Shown here: one piece after another, positions 31,170 to 46,100 of the stretch
How positions within the stretch are numbered: position 1 is the stretch's first letter
Layout of the letters: each line of letters starts with the position of its first letter
Source of the DNA: Vicugna vicugna
Lineage: Eukaryota
Direction: 5' to 3'
Length of the DNA stretch: 64,000 nucleotides
Assembly: GCA_013265495.1 (NCBI GenBank)
Contig: MU058718.1
Coordinates: forward strand, 2,108,001-2,172,000
The notes under the pieces: model-generated
The model's database searches: none
What the model saw: the letters and a program-made list of their open reading frames with translations, nothing else
Told to the model about the DNA's origin: nothing
Program-made: the position numbers and the translations under genes

Positions 31170-34100
31170 TATACAGTAGTATTTTATGTTTTCTCATGTG
31201 AAATGTTAACCTTAAGAACAAAAATAACTCTCTTTACTTTCTTTGTTTAAAGTGAGGAAACTCAGAAGGCTGTTCTTCAGTGGACCAAGCATGATGATTC
31301 CTCAGACAATTTCTGTGAAGTTGATGGTATAACATTTTTTATACTATGCATGTTGTTTAAAATTGTGCCTAAGGGAAAAAAAATTCTTTTAAAATAGTTA
31401 AAAAAAACCCTTCAGTTTCTAACAGTTGGCACTTCCTCAAAAAGCTAAACACAGAATTAGCATGACTTAACAGTTCAGCTCCTAAGCATATACCCAAAAA
31501 GACTGAAAACAGGGAAACAGATACCTGTACACCCATGTTCACAGCAGCATCATTCACAGTAGCCAAATGGTGGAAACAACCCAGGTGTCCATCAACAGTT
31601 GAATGGATGAGTGTATAAACCAAGTGTGGTGTGTACACACAGTGGAATACTATTCAGCCATAAAAATAAATGTGGTTCTGATGCATGCCACAACATGGAT
31701 AAACCTTGAAAACATTACACTAAATACAATAAGCCAGACACAAAAGAACAAATGTCATATGATTCCACCTATAGGAAATATCTAGAATAGGCACACTGAT
31801 AGAGACAGAGAGCAGATTTGAGGTTACCAGGAGTTAGGAGGAGGGGAGAATGAGGAATTATTGCTTAATGGTTACAGAGTTTCTGTTTGAGGTCACAGAA
31901 AAGTTTGGAAACAGTGTTGATGCTTGCACAACATTGTGAATGTAATTATGCCACTGAATGGTACCGTGAACCATGGTTAAAATGGTAAATTTCATGTTGT
32001 GTGTATTTTGCCACGATAAAATAATATAAAAAGAAAACTCAATTTGTGGAAAGAATTCACCTCCTGAATTTTGCAGTTCTGTGTGCCTAGTAATAGATAT
32101 AATTTTTGTAATATATACAGTTATTTTGCATAAATAGGTAAAAGGAAGAGATTGCAAAAACCTGCTTTTGTTATATTGGCCTTGGATTGTTAAACATTTT
32201 CCTTAATCATAGTCCATGTCATTTTTGGAAAAGTAAACAACAAACCATGAATTATGTCTTTGTCATCTAAAACTAAGCCAGTGTGTGGGTGCTATTAAAA
32301 TCTAGGAGCCCTAGAACCCATTAGAACCATTTGATTCATGGATTTATTACTTTAGATTTATGAATTCTCCTAGTCTTCCTTTTTCTAGTGTCTCCCTTTT
32401 TTTACTAGCTACACAAAATCAGATCAGATTGTGTTTTTGTATCCAGTGGCTCTTTTGGAACAGATTAATGATCTTTTTAAAAAATCAGTGAAAAGAATGA
32501 TACAGATCATTTTAATTACAAGCAGAAGTTGAATCATGCAATCCCTCCCTCAAAAAAAAAAGGAGGAAAAAAGAGAAAGTACTAATTTTTAATTTGTGGC
32601 TTCATTTTGGAAAAATAAACCCCACATATTTTCCTTAATAAAAAACCATGACCATGTTTTGGCAGATACATATCTATAATCCTTTATTCCTAATTCCCAA
32701 ATCTGAAAACTATGAAAAAGGAACATTTTCCCCCTGAAGTTTAGCACAGATTCATTCAGTGTGAATATTCATGTGTTTCACTGCAGAAATATTTGTGTTT
32801 GGAGGTTGCTGCCCCAGTCCCTGCTGGAGTTCATATTCAAGATATGTTGCATGTACTGAATTAACCTTTCTGATATCTGAAAAGTTCTGAATTCCAAAAC
32901 CCATTTGGCCCCAGGGATGTTGGGTAAGGAGCTGTGGATATACCTTTAGGCCAGTAAAGAAAGGGGGATAAAATGTTCTCCCAAGCCTAACTTTGCCATC
33001 TTTTCTGCAAGGATTCTTTGTCCTAAACATTGCTGTGTGAGATAAACTTACAACATGCAGCATATTTCTTTGTTGGCCTGCAATGTTACAGAAAGACCGG
33101 TAATACTTTAACTTCTATTACCAAAGTATCCTCTTAAGGCTACATGCTTACATTTGTGTAGCAAGGACTAAGAATCAAGAATTCACTCTTTAGATGGTGG
33201 AATTCTGTTATCTTGGGTGAATAACTTGTCCATTTATATTTCTTATGTTTAAGGAAGGTGAATAGGGTGAATATGTAAAGAAATAAAAAGGACAGCTGTA
33301 TAAGGAATAAATAATGTGTGTAAAGGTAGGTAGAAGATAGAAGATATTTTGTAAATCCTAATTAGAAATTTGAACTTTTGTTGTCTGGCAAAATATGGTT
33401 ATAGTAACATTAAAAAAAAATAAAGTTGGGGAGAGATGAAGTATTTGTCATAAGTAAAATTATGAGTCAGCTAATGCTAATCTCTAATTAGGCAGGATAT
33501 TAAAAATTTAATCATTTCTTGGTGGTTAGTTTTCTGTTTTTTGGGGGTGGGGGGACAGGTAATTTGATTTGATTTGTTTGTTTGTTTGTTTGTTTAGTGG
33601 AGGTACTAAGGATAGAACCCAGGACCTCGTACATGCTAGGCATGCTCTCTACCACTGAGCTACACCCCCCTCCCTAGTTTTCTGTCTTAAAGTAGTAGAT
33701 TCTGAGCATTATTTATATATTTTTAAAGTAACAGTTACTTTTTATGAATTTATTATAATTTGCTATACTGAGGCAACACCTTCAGTATTAATTGAGATGA
33801 ACAGAAATATCTGTTCCTAAACTAGATGATTCCATGAAGATTTGTTTTTTAAGTTGTTATTTTTATTTCTTCTGGTTATTTTAATTGCTCCTTCTGCATT
33901 GGAGGCTCAGTTATTTCTGGATGCTGTCACTACGCTGTTTCTAGCAGCAAAATTTCCCCTAATTTATGACTCTAATGTACTGTGAGTTGGGATAAAAATA
34001 ACCAAGCTTGGTTTTATCTTTGTTTTTCAAATAAGAAGTAGGTACTATAGAGAGCTTGATGGTCCCTCTTCGAAGCACCGTTCTGTTCAGATTTTTGTCA

Positions 34101-37100
34101 CCTACTTTTCTTTGAGGCCATTTTCACACACTTCCTCATTCTTTGTTGGTTCTTATTGGTAAGCTTTATAGATGAGTAAAGGTATTACATTGCTATTGAC
34201 TAATTCCCCAAAGCCACTGAAGGACTAGGGGCCACTGTTCTGGTTTCGTTTTGGAGTTACAATACATTGTACCGATTTATAGAACGTATGAGAAACTAAC
34301 ATCCCACCAGTTGTGTTATGTTTTACATATATATCTGTAATTGACTTTTCTATAATGCTTAGCTTTTCGTTTTATTAGGTAGCCTTTGTACTGAACAGTT
34401 TTGTTGACTGCAAAATGATCTATTAAGATATATCATAATACCAATACCACTAGTTAACATTTATTAGACTCTTATTGTTGTTCTAAGCACCCTGCACATA
34501 TAAACTTCTTTAAGTCTCAAGGTAACACTATGAATATTATCCCCATCTTACAAGTGAGGGCACCAAGGCATAGAAAATTTACATACATGCTCAGGGTTCC
34601 AGAACTGAATACATAGCAGGGCCTGGATTCTAACCCAGGCACTTTGGCTCCAGAGCCCATGTTCTGTTCTGTTGGACTTTTAGGTTACTTCTGATTTTCC
34701 CCTTTATAAATCATACTGAAACAAATATCCTGCTTAAAACTTTTTGCGTATTTAGGGTTATACCTTAGGGACAGCTTTGTAGTGGATCCTGATGGTGGTC
34801 ATGTAAGAAGTATTTGGTAACAAACTGTGTGGTCCTAATATGTCTTCATTTACCATAGTTACTGATAAACTACGGGCAGTTAATGTGATGGGCTATGTAT
34901 GGTATATTCTTTGTCTGAATAGCTTATAAGAATTGAATTACTGTGTTCCTTCGATTCTAAAATTCTATATTCCTTTTTTTTTCTTTTTACCATTTCTAAA
35001 ACCAGGATTCTTTTGTAACCAGTGTGTAATTTCATGTGGCCGTGTTTGTTTATTCTTCTCTTCCCTTCTTATATTTCTCCTAAAAAGTTCTTTTTAAATC
35101 CCAGATGCATTGTTACATTTGCAGTGCCTTTAGAGTCAATGGGATACCATCTCTTACACTAGCTTTTTAAGGTAACTGAGCAAAAGAAATTTAATAAAAC
35201 ATTTTATCTTCCAGACATACAGTCTCCTGATGCTGAATATGTAGATTTGCTCCTTAATCCGGAGCGCTACACGGGTTACAAGGGACCAGATGCTTGGAAA
35301 ATATGGAATGTCATCTATGAAGAAAACTGTTTTAAGTATGTGTCATTTTCATTTCACTTAGACATTGTGCTAATTTTCATTGTGTGAAAGATGTGCTAAT
35401 TTCTCTTTGTAAACAAATAAACAAAATCATGGTGATTTAAAAGTATAAATCAAATTCACTAAAGGATGTATCTGGACACAGAAATATACTTATTCATTAA
35501 TCCAGTTCCCTTGTGGGGAAACATGTGGACGTGAGTTTCAACAGGTATTTCTTTCTTCTTTAAAAGACTTAGAATAGTATTAGAGTTTCATGGGAGTATT
35601 GTAGGCATTTCCCAAATGTTCCTTAAGTGGATCATAGAATCTCGTTTTGTAGAGTCAGATTTACTTCATTTCCCAAGATCATATAGTTAGTGGCAGGGAA
35701 TAGATGAGGATATATACCTCCTAATTCTCTTTTTTGGTGTTCTGCCCTCTTTTTGTGGTGATAGTTGTTTTACCTGCTTTAAAGTTAAATTAATTTCAGA
35801 GAATAATTATAAGAGGTAACACGAGCACTCACTGTGTACCAGGTGTTGTGCTAAGCATGTTACATACATTTTCTTCTTTAGTCCTTGTAATAACCCTGTG
35901 TTGTAGTCGTCACTCTTTATAGATGGAGAAACTGAGACTTGGAAAGGTTAAGGGATATGTCTAGTGTCAAAAACCTCGTCAGTGGAAGAACTCTCTCTGT
36001 ACTCTAACCCACTACAGTGGAAGCGTCAGTTTGATCATTGGGAGCCTGAGACATGCTTCAGGTTTGCCCACTTGTAAGTCTCTGGGCTGGAAACAGTGTA
36101 CTTACTGGCTTTTGGAAGGAACGTGTGTGCATCAGTGTTACGCTCTCAGGGATGGAGGAATTCTGGGAAAGTCTCTGGAGTTCCCAAATATGGCTAAAAT
36201 ATATTTAACTTTTTACATCAAATATAAGGTTAAGAGATCAGCAGTTATGCTTGTACCAATAAAATGTCAGAGTGTTTCTGTTTTTGACTTGCAGAATTTC
36301 TCCAGTTTGGGAAGTGGAGAGTTTTCCCTATTTACTCATTTCTGCCATGTGTTTCATTTAAATTCTCTTGACTGTTATTAAGAATGTTTAGTTTACTGAC
36401 TTTATTGACTTACTTTAAAGGTTTTTTTTTTTTAACTTTTTCTAATGTGAACCAAAATGGAGTCCAACTAAACATTTGTTAGATTTTGTATTAGTTTTAT
36501 AGTTATTTCCTCACTAGTTTACATCATCTCCATAATATTTCTAAAATATAAACAATGTATGAGGCACTAAATTGAGTATGTTAAAATATAGCTTACACGT
36601 TCTGTTTTCAAAATGTCTCAAATTGTGCACATTTGTAAAATTTATATGAAGGACATTAAAACTATCCCTACACTTTACTAATGATACTAATGAATATTTT
36701 GTGATTTAAAAGCACTTTACTGATATATTGACTCTCCCTTTTTTTCCTTATTAAAAAATTCCTTTTAGTGAAATAACAAACGTGATGGCCACAGGGCAAA
36801 TTGATGTCCTTAAGATGACCAAAGTGGAAAATAAACTAACCACACTGTTTTTTCTCTTTTTTATTTTAATGCTTGTGTTGGGTATTTATATTTTTTGCTT
36901 TTTTGGCTTTCAATTAAGAGTGTACTTTGTGACTCATACATGTGTATAATATGTATAAAAACATATTAGTAACTCTAGGACAAGAGCTTGACTGGTATTT
37001 TTTCTTCCTTATTTGAAGAAGTGATTAGGAAATGACTTTCTGGATGCTACAGTGTGAAAGATCAGAAACTATTATCACAAAAACAAATAACCACCCTCCT

Positions 37101-40100
37101 TAAAGCAGCCAGAGAAAATAAAGGCCAGTAAAACAATTTGATTTTGGAGATAGTCATTAAAAAGCTTTCTGAGATAATTTCACTTTTACTTAAATAATTA
37201 TAACATGATAAGTAACATATTTATATTTTACACTTTACTTCTTTTGTTTCCAGGCCACAGACAATTAAAAGACCTTTAAATCCTTTGGCTTCTGGTCAAG
37301 GTGAGTTATTGATTTGCACTGTTACTTATCAACCAGTAGACTTCAGTTAGAAGGAAGGAGAAGGCAAAATAAGGGTTGGCAGGTGCATTTGAGATCATAT
37401 ATTTCTGTTTCCATAGAAGTTATGCTTCACTCTTACAGAGAAATTGGTGTTTAAAAAACTTCGGTAACGAGAATTTTTGTAATGAAGTTCATGGTATTAG
37501 ACTATCTTAGGATCAAGATCAAGGTATATATTTATTCTTTTGTGCATTTTTGCAGAATATGTGTGTTCAGTTTTTCTACTATTTTTACTCACATTTTAGT
37601 TAAATGAATATCTCAAAGACTTCTGCCTCAAATCTTTCCCCAAACTTGAAATTATTGCATATATTGGGATTCTGATTTCAAATTCACATGACTTCATATC
37701 TCATTAACATTTTTCATGTTCTACTTACACTGAGGGTCTGGCTTACATCCTGCCTTTTCCCCCAAATTTCCCTGATCCTCCTAACTGGAAGTAATCTCTC
37801 TCCTCATAAAGTGATCTTATGTAATGTTTTGTTTCTCTTACAGCCCCTTCTACTGTCTAGCATTATTTTACTATTATTTATATATCTATTGATCTACCCT
37901 AGTACTTCGGACATATGGGCCACATTTATTGGTTTCATCTCCTAATACAGAGTCTGAAACATAGTAGATGGAATAGTCTGCTAGATAAATAAATGATCAG
38001 TGAAAATTGCCCTCCTCATTCAACGGTCTTGTCTACAGCAATGAAAATCACCTGTTCCTTCAACAAATGATTATCCACCATTTACTATGTACTACGCACT
38101 ATATGAGGTGCAGAGGGGATGTAAAGTTGAAACTCACAAACTCTGCCCAGTCTGTAACAGGCAGGAAGAATGGTTTGCTGAATAAACCATTTCAAGTGTA
38201 TGATTTCAGGCCTTTTCCTTAGGAACTGTATATCCCTGTTCTCTGAATCCATGCTTACTGATGAGATTTTTTATTTCACTTTTAGCAAATGTGGAAGGTT
38301 TTCATTTTTTAAATTTATCTGAAAAGCTGCTGATCTCATATAGTCAATAAACATAAATTTCTTCCTGGAAAGCAGTGAGATTGCATCATTCCCTAAGTGT
38401 TGGCAGCCTAGTCATTCTTAGATTAGAAATGAAAGAGCATCTGTAAACGAGGATTATGTGCAGTCACATATGGTAACTCAGTGCAAGCTACTGATTTAAT
38501 ACCAGGTGAAATGCAGATTCCTAGGCAAGAGGTGATCTTCACTATGAACTTACATTATGATCTGACAAGTTAATTAACCACCCTCACTTATTTCAGAGAT
38601 AAATGGGAACAATTTAAATGTGTATCATTAAGGAGATAGTTAAATGAATTATAGTATATTCACCTAGTAGAATACAGCTATTGTAAATGTTGCTAAAAAT
38701 TTGTGTTCATTTATATCAGTAGTGATCAGTAGGATCAGTAGCACATTTAGGAGAAGCAGCAGGTATTAAACAGTATGCATAATATACATACAAATACATG
38801 TTTATAAAAACATAATTAATATATCTAAATATCCTATACACAAAGAAAAAGGCCATTTACCAAAATGTAAATGATATTTATCTTTGGGCAGAGGGAGTTA
38901 TGGGTGATATTTTTTATTTTGTCTGTGTTTTCTTTCTTAAAAATGTATTTGCAGTGGGCATGTGTTACTTTAATAATCAAACGATGACATTAAATAAAAG
39001 TGACAAAATGAAGACAGTTTTTCAGTAGTTAAGGAGCAGCTGCATACAAACTGCTGAATTGTGCATAATTTGAATCTTACCAAGAGTCTTTAAAAATATT
39101 CCTGAATAAGGTAGAATTTCATGTCAGTCTGGACATTTCAGAGCAATAACACAGATCTTTAGCATAAACTGTGTTACAGCTTTAGGATAAATAAATAAGG
39201 AAAAATGCTCTGCCAGCCAAATGACTGTGAGTCCTTAATATGTTTAAGAGTACTCTCAGATGATGGATTAGATTTTTCTTTCCTGTCAGCCCGTATTAAA
39301 TCTTGTACAAACTGAAACTACTCTTTATCCAGGCCTCTTGGAGATGGCCATTTAGTCAAATCAGGCATCATTTCTATCACCACCAGAAAGAGTTGCAGTC
39401 AGAGCATCTCACTCTCAGATTTTATTTACGTGGATGAGCAGATGGACTAAAAGTAACCTCTATTAAATGTCTTATTTTTATGGGACTGTAGCATTTTAAA
39501 GGAGGCATCTGGAAGGAGTTTTTACTAATAAACTTTTCATTTTGTTTTTCAGGGAAAAGTGAAGGTAAGTGTAATTTTCTTATCATACACTACATACATA
39601 AATTTGCTAATACATTCAGATGTTTGTCAAGCTTTTTTTTTTCAGTCTATATATGAGACTACGAAAAGTTAATTTTTATTTCTGTATCTAAAATTCCAGA
39701 GGTGACAGCATAGGTTAACAGAAAAATGACTCTTTGTGCCTGGGATCAGGCAGTAGAGACAGCCTGCCTCAACCTACGATAATTCACTTATACATTTTAC
39801 CTACTGCATATGAAAGCTAGGGATTTCTCCCACCTCTGTCAGGGAAAACATCTCCTTTACTGGTTGAACTCTAGGATCTGCTGGGTCTCATATAGGAAGA
39901 TATTGAGTATTGATCTACTGGTTTCCAAGGCTTGTGCTGACCCTTGGGTGTAGGTATCATTGCCAGCTCTTTAAGTTAAGTGTAATGCTAAACATTTTTT
40001 AATGTATTTTAGGTTTACTTTGTCTTTTTGAAATCTTTTTGCTTTATGAGTGAGATTGAAATGATTTTTGGTATTCTTAAGGCCATATGTTTAGCAGGAT

Positions 40101-43100
40101 GAAAAAAACTAAGCAGTGCTTAACTCTAATCCAGCTAGATGAAATTGCTATAAAATGCAAAGTATCATTTTTCTCTCCCTTAAAATCCTATGTCTTCTGA
40201 ATGTCATTTTTATGAATTGCTTTTGCATTATGTCTAAATAACAGAATACTAAAGTCTGAAACATTACAATTTTACTTTTGTATTTTATATTATTGTAATG
40301 GAAGCAGATAAATACAATACTGAATCAGAACTATACTATTTGGCAGAGAAACTCTTAGTTGTATGATTATTTCTCCAAAGATGGTCCATATTTTGTTACT
40401 GTTAGTGGTGATCCTGTAATTTTCAGTTTTGAGTAAATGTATTCTATCTTGGGTGTTCTAGTTCTATGCTATGTTCTAGCTATATTAGAGGAAGCTATTT
40501 CAATTTTTTAATGCTATTTGAAGATCTCAATCTGTCTCTCATTATCAGAGAAAAGATCGTTAACCTGTGGAGGTTATCCTTAGAGAAAACGTCTTATTTA
40601 TGGTATATTTATAAGCATGCAAATGTGAAAGCTGACATATTAGGTGATTATCTAATTGGATCACATTCAGGTCACGCTGAGAATACCTACTCCAGGATTA
40701 TAAAACTGAACTGAAAATTTCTTTGGAAGGCTAGGTCCCAAGCAGTGTCACACTCCTGCTCCCCCCACCAATTCATGGTCCAAAACTTGAAAAGAAAAAA
40801 AAAACCTAGAGGTTTTCAATAAGGAAACAAATCACTTGTATTCCCACAACCCCAAAATAACTGATAATGATAATGGTTAAGACATGTCAGTACTTTTCTG
40901 AGCACTTTACAAATATGACTTCATTTAATCCTTCCAACAATCCTAGGAGGTGTTCTTTTTATTTCCATCTTAGAGATGAGGAAAATGAGTCCTAGAACAG
41001 TTTAGCAAGTCAGCTAAAATCATATGACTTGTAAGTAGCAGAGTTAGAATTCAAATCAGGCAGTTTGGTTCCAGGGTCCATGCTTTTAGTTACTATCTCA
41101 TACTGCTTCTCTGCTGATATTTTGAAAATTATTATTATTAACCTGTGTCTATTTTTACAGTAGATGTATTTATAGTTTTATATGTTATTACCATGTCTAC
41201 TTGTTTCCTTAGCCTATGTTCTCAATAGAGCTCAGGTTGCTGTAACAAAACACCATAGATTGGGTGCCTAAAACCAAAGACATTTATGTTAGAGCTTCAA
41301 CATATGAATTTTAGAGGGGACACAAACATTCGTCCATAACAACCTAGATTTCTAGAAATGGATTTGCTGGATCAATGGATAAGGATATTTAGGCTATTGA
41401 TACATATGACCAGATTGCTTTCTGTCATTGAAAGGATGTGCTAATTTACGTCCCTTCCAATCACTGTGCCAGCTAGTTTTACCTAACTAACCCTTGTCTG
41501 CATTAAGTATTATATTTTTAGCCTTACTATTTAAAGTGATATCTTTATAGTTTTAATTTGCATATTTATTTATTTTTATTGAGGTATAGTTGATGTACAA
41601 TACTATGGAAGTTTCAGGTATACAACATAGTGATTCACAATTTTGAAGTTTATATTCCATTATAGTCATTATAAAATATTAGCTATTTTCCCTGTGTTGT
41701 ACAATATACTCTTGATTTGCATTTTTATTATTAGTGAGACTGAACAGTTTTTATCTGTTATTACCATTTGTACTTTTCCTTTATGAGTTCTCTATTCATA
41801 TTATTTGCCCATTTTTAATGGGCACTTTAGCACTTTTATTTGGCTTGTGAGCTTTTTATACATGTAGGATATTTATTATTCCCTTTGTTGTATTTGCAAC
41901 ATAGATTGTAGTTTGTTTTTTGCGTTTTGCTTTTGTTTATAAAGTTTTCTGACACACAGATGTTTTAAGTTTTTATGCAGTCTATAAATACATAAATTCA
42001 TTATTTATTCCCCTGTGTTATTTCTTCCATTACTTTTATGCTTGCTTGGTTCATTATTAACATTACTATAAACAACTTTAGTAAAAAGAACTATATAGTA
42101 CAATGTTTGCCACCTCTAGTGAATGCACACATAGAATTTTCACATAGTTATAATAATTATTTCTTATGTCTTTATATATATCATTTCAAATAAGCATTTT
42201 CATGTGTTGTCATGTTCCACATTCTTGTCATTTTAATAGATTTATATTATTCGACCATGTTAACTAGTATATAGTATTCTATCAAGTTAACTTAGGCCTT
42301 GCTGTACATTTTGATTATTTCAGGTTTTAGAAACTATGTATAACATAATTATCTTTCTACAAATTACCTCCACCCTTATTTTGAGTTAATTTTTTAGTGC
42401 ATAATTCTAAAATCAGAATTATCAGGTCTAAGTATATCAACAGTGACCTTATTAGGTCACAGAATATAAGTGATATTTGGTTTTTGTAACAGTTCCTTGA
42501 ATTGCTCTTTTGAAATACTGAATGGCATAAAATACTATCAGCTATGGATAAATAATGTACCTCCAAATACTATTTTATAATTTTTATTTAACTTTTCTAT
42601 TTAAAAAAGTATACAAATGAACTTGTTTACAAAACAGAAACAGACTTACACACACATAGAAAACAAACTTTTGGTTACCAGGGGAGGAAAGGGGGGCAGG
42701 TGGAGGGATAAACTGGGAGTTTGAGATTTGCAGATACTATTACATATAAAATAGATAAACAGCAAGGTCCTACTGTATAGTACAGGGAACTATATTCAAT
42801 ACCTTGTAATAGCCCATAATGAAAAAAATATGAAAAGGAATATATGTATATATAACTGAATCACTGTGCTGTACACCAGAAATTAACACACTGTAAATCA
42901 ACTATACTTAATAATAATATAATAGTACAAAAGATAATAAATAGAAGAGTATATAATGAATTCTTAATTTTTATAGCATGAATTATTATCAATGTTAAGT
43001 ATTTTTCCATGCATTGATTTACTGTTTAAATTCTGTGTTTTGACCTCATATAAAACACTTTATCTAGAAAGTTATGAGGCTGGGGCGAGCTAAGGCAGTG

Positions 43101-46100
43101 CTAAAGCCTTCTAAAGAGGGAAACTTAACTGAATCTACACCGAGAACCTCTTTCCTTCCTTTGGAGAAATTGCATACAAAATTTGGAACTTTAAATCCCT
43201 GGCACAAATTTGCTAAAATATTTTAAAATTTTTGGAAAACTTACATTTTGTCATTTTTATAATCTCGTGACTTATTTTTCTTTTAATTTCAGAGAACGCT
43301 TTTTACAGTTGGCTAGAAGGTAACTGTAAACTTTTAAACAAATTTAAATAACTTTTTTTTTCACTTTTAAAGACACATGAAATTAATTTTGTATTTTATA
43401 GGTTTCACATATGACATTTCTATTTCCAAATTACTCTTCTTAGGCCTTTGTGTAGAAAAAAGAGCGTTCTACAGACTTATATCTGGCCTCCATGCAAGCA
43501 TTAATGTGCATTTGAGTGCACGGTATCTTCTACAAGGTATGTGACTTTCACTTTATTTGTTTTAGCATGTTTATTTTCAGGTACTCTCAAAATTTTCTTG
43601 GTATTTACCTGGATGGAAAAAGATTGACCCTGCTGAATATTAGGCAGTAAAAACTTATTCTAAAGTGGTAGTAATCAGGAATGTAGAAACGATGGCCACT
43701 ATAAGGAAAAGTTCAACATGTTCTTAGCTCTCATCACCTTCCTTTAAGAAGCTGCTCAAGATAGTGCACATCACTTTGGAAATGTTCTTTGCTTTGTTGT
43801 GGGAATAAATAGCCCTAACAGCACAGTTCATTTTTCATTAGCCATTACTGTATCAGAATCCTTATATTCATGTGCCAGCTTCAGGCTTGGAGTTTAATGA
43901 GTAAAAGCATTTTTCTGCTGCTCTGTATGTTTTTACGAATGATTTGAAAAATGAGTTGATGTTGGATTTTCATCAGTAACATATTCCTTCTAGAATTAAA
44001 ATATCTCTTCTTAGACACAAAATCATAGTAACTTTAAGTAGTGCTCCAAACTCATTAGTAATTTCAGATAGTCACTTTTTAATTCTGTGTCCCAGTTTTA
44101 TGAATATGTTTATATTTAGAAATTTGATCTTATTAGTCCTGATTTCTCAGTAAAATATTGAGTTTATTTTCCTTTGAAGGGTGGGTTCCAGAAGATAAAA
44201 TGTTAACATAGAACTATTAAGGGCTAAACTATGAAAAACCATTTTCATGGTTGTATTGATTATGTATTTTAAAATATAAAATGAAATTAATTTCTGCAGG
44301 CCTAAATAACCTAATATAAGTCAAATGAAAGCTACTTAATTTTAAAATTCAGTTTTTAATATTTAATTTTTCTTTCTTCTCAGATACCTGGTTGGAAAAA
44401 AAATGGGGACACAACATTACAGAATTTCAGCAGCGATTTGATGGAATTTTGACTAAAGGGGAAGGTCCAAGAAGGCTTAAGAACTTGTATTTTCTCTACC
44501 TAATAGAATTAAGGGCTTTATCTAAAGTGGTACCGTTCTTTGAGCGTCCAGATTTTCAACTCTTCACTGGAAATAAAGCTCAAGATGCAGAAAACAAAAT
44601 GTTACTTCTGGAAATACTTCATGAAATCAAGTAAATTGTATATTACAACTTATACAATATAAAAGAGTGACAAGTGGTATCCAAAATCAAATTCTTACAT
44701 ATTCAACTCAGAGAAAGGAAAATTACCTAAAAAATAATTACAAGCTAATTTTGCTCATAGGTCTTTTAGAATTGAGTTTTGATTTTGTTTTTGTTTTGAT
44801 CAATGTACTAAAAGGCACATAGTTTTAGTTTTAAGAGCCATTCTTTTAGTGTTTGATATTTGCTTTATTTTTGTATTTAGCTGAACAGGTTGGGTTTGGG
44901 GCCAAACTTCTACTGTATTATACAGTCAGCTCTTACATTTGGGGACGTCAGAATATTGATTTTATTATGTGTTATACTCTATTTTAATTATATTTTTCAT
45001 CACTGACAAGCAAAATATATCAGCAGGACTTTTAATATTTTATAATACATGAAAATGAGTATTCTTTATTATGCAGAGAATATGTCTTATTTATGTTTTA
45101 TTTAATGCAGGTCATTTCCTTTGCATTTTGATGAGAATTCATTTTTTGCTGGGGATAAAAAAGAAGCAAATAAACTAAAGGTAATTATTTTATACTTTAA
45201 CTTAATTTTTAAATACAAACTCATATGCAGGTATGAATATAAGCCCATGTTTTTATTCATAACAGTAAATCTTGATATACATCCTAAAATTATAAGAAAA
45301 GTCAGAGTCATAATCTTTCATTTCCTCAGAAAAAGGAAGCGCAAAGGCAGGTCCAACTTAAGATCTAGTTTGTGTTATTTTCAAAATAACAACGGAAATG
45401 TCTGTGTCACTGTGCTCTTTGTAGAAGTCTTTCACGTTGATGCACTTACGAATGAAAGGAAAGAGGTCTGGAGCATGAGGAGCAGTATTAGCCTGTCTTT
45501 TAGTGGAGAGAATTCTGAAGATAGTTTTGATTAAATTAAAGGATGCTCTTTATAGGGAGAGGGCACAGTGTTATTTTGTCATTCATCTCAATCACTGGGG
45601 ATTAAAGGTATTTAGGAATGCCAGGAGGCAGTCGTGGGAAGAACAGGGACCTGAGATCCCACAAAATGGGCTCTGGTCTTTGCCTTGCCTTTGGGTAGAG
45701 GTTTGACCCCAGGCAAAGACCCTCTTTGTATATACTTGCCTCAAAACACTTCAAGTGTAAAATTTCACTGGGAAGGTTTATTAAACACTCACTGTGTGCA
45801 GAGCATAATTTTTGTCATTGAAGGGAGGGATGGCTCCTATCCTCAAGGGATTTCTAGTCTATCTGGGGACTCAAGTAAAATTATATTCCTGTTTTCAGTT
45901 ATAAAGCTATAGGTAAGTAAAGCAGGTCTGATTTCATCAGAATATTTATAACAAACAATCTTCCTTTGTTTCTAATTCATTTCTTTCCATAACGGAAGGA
46001 CCCGGTTTTATGCAGCTTGCAAACAAAATGCTTTTGCACTTTTTTTTCCTTTTTTTTTTGCTGTTGGATAATAGTTATTTTTGACCTCCCATCTACCTCC

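Noticed and set aside
45121..45534. 137-aa ORF extending ERO1A exon 13
   Set aside because: Read-through past a normal GT donor at 45181 into intron; it would lose the CxxCxxC active site and has no recognisable similarity.
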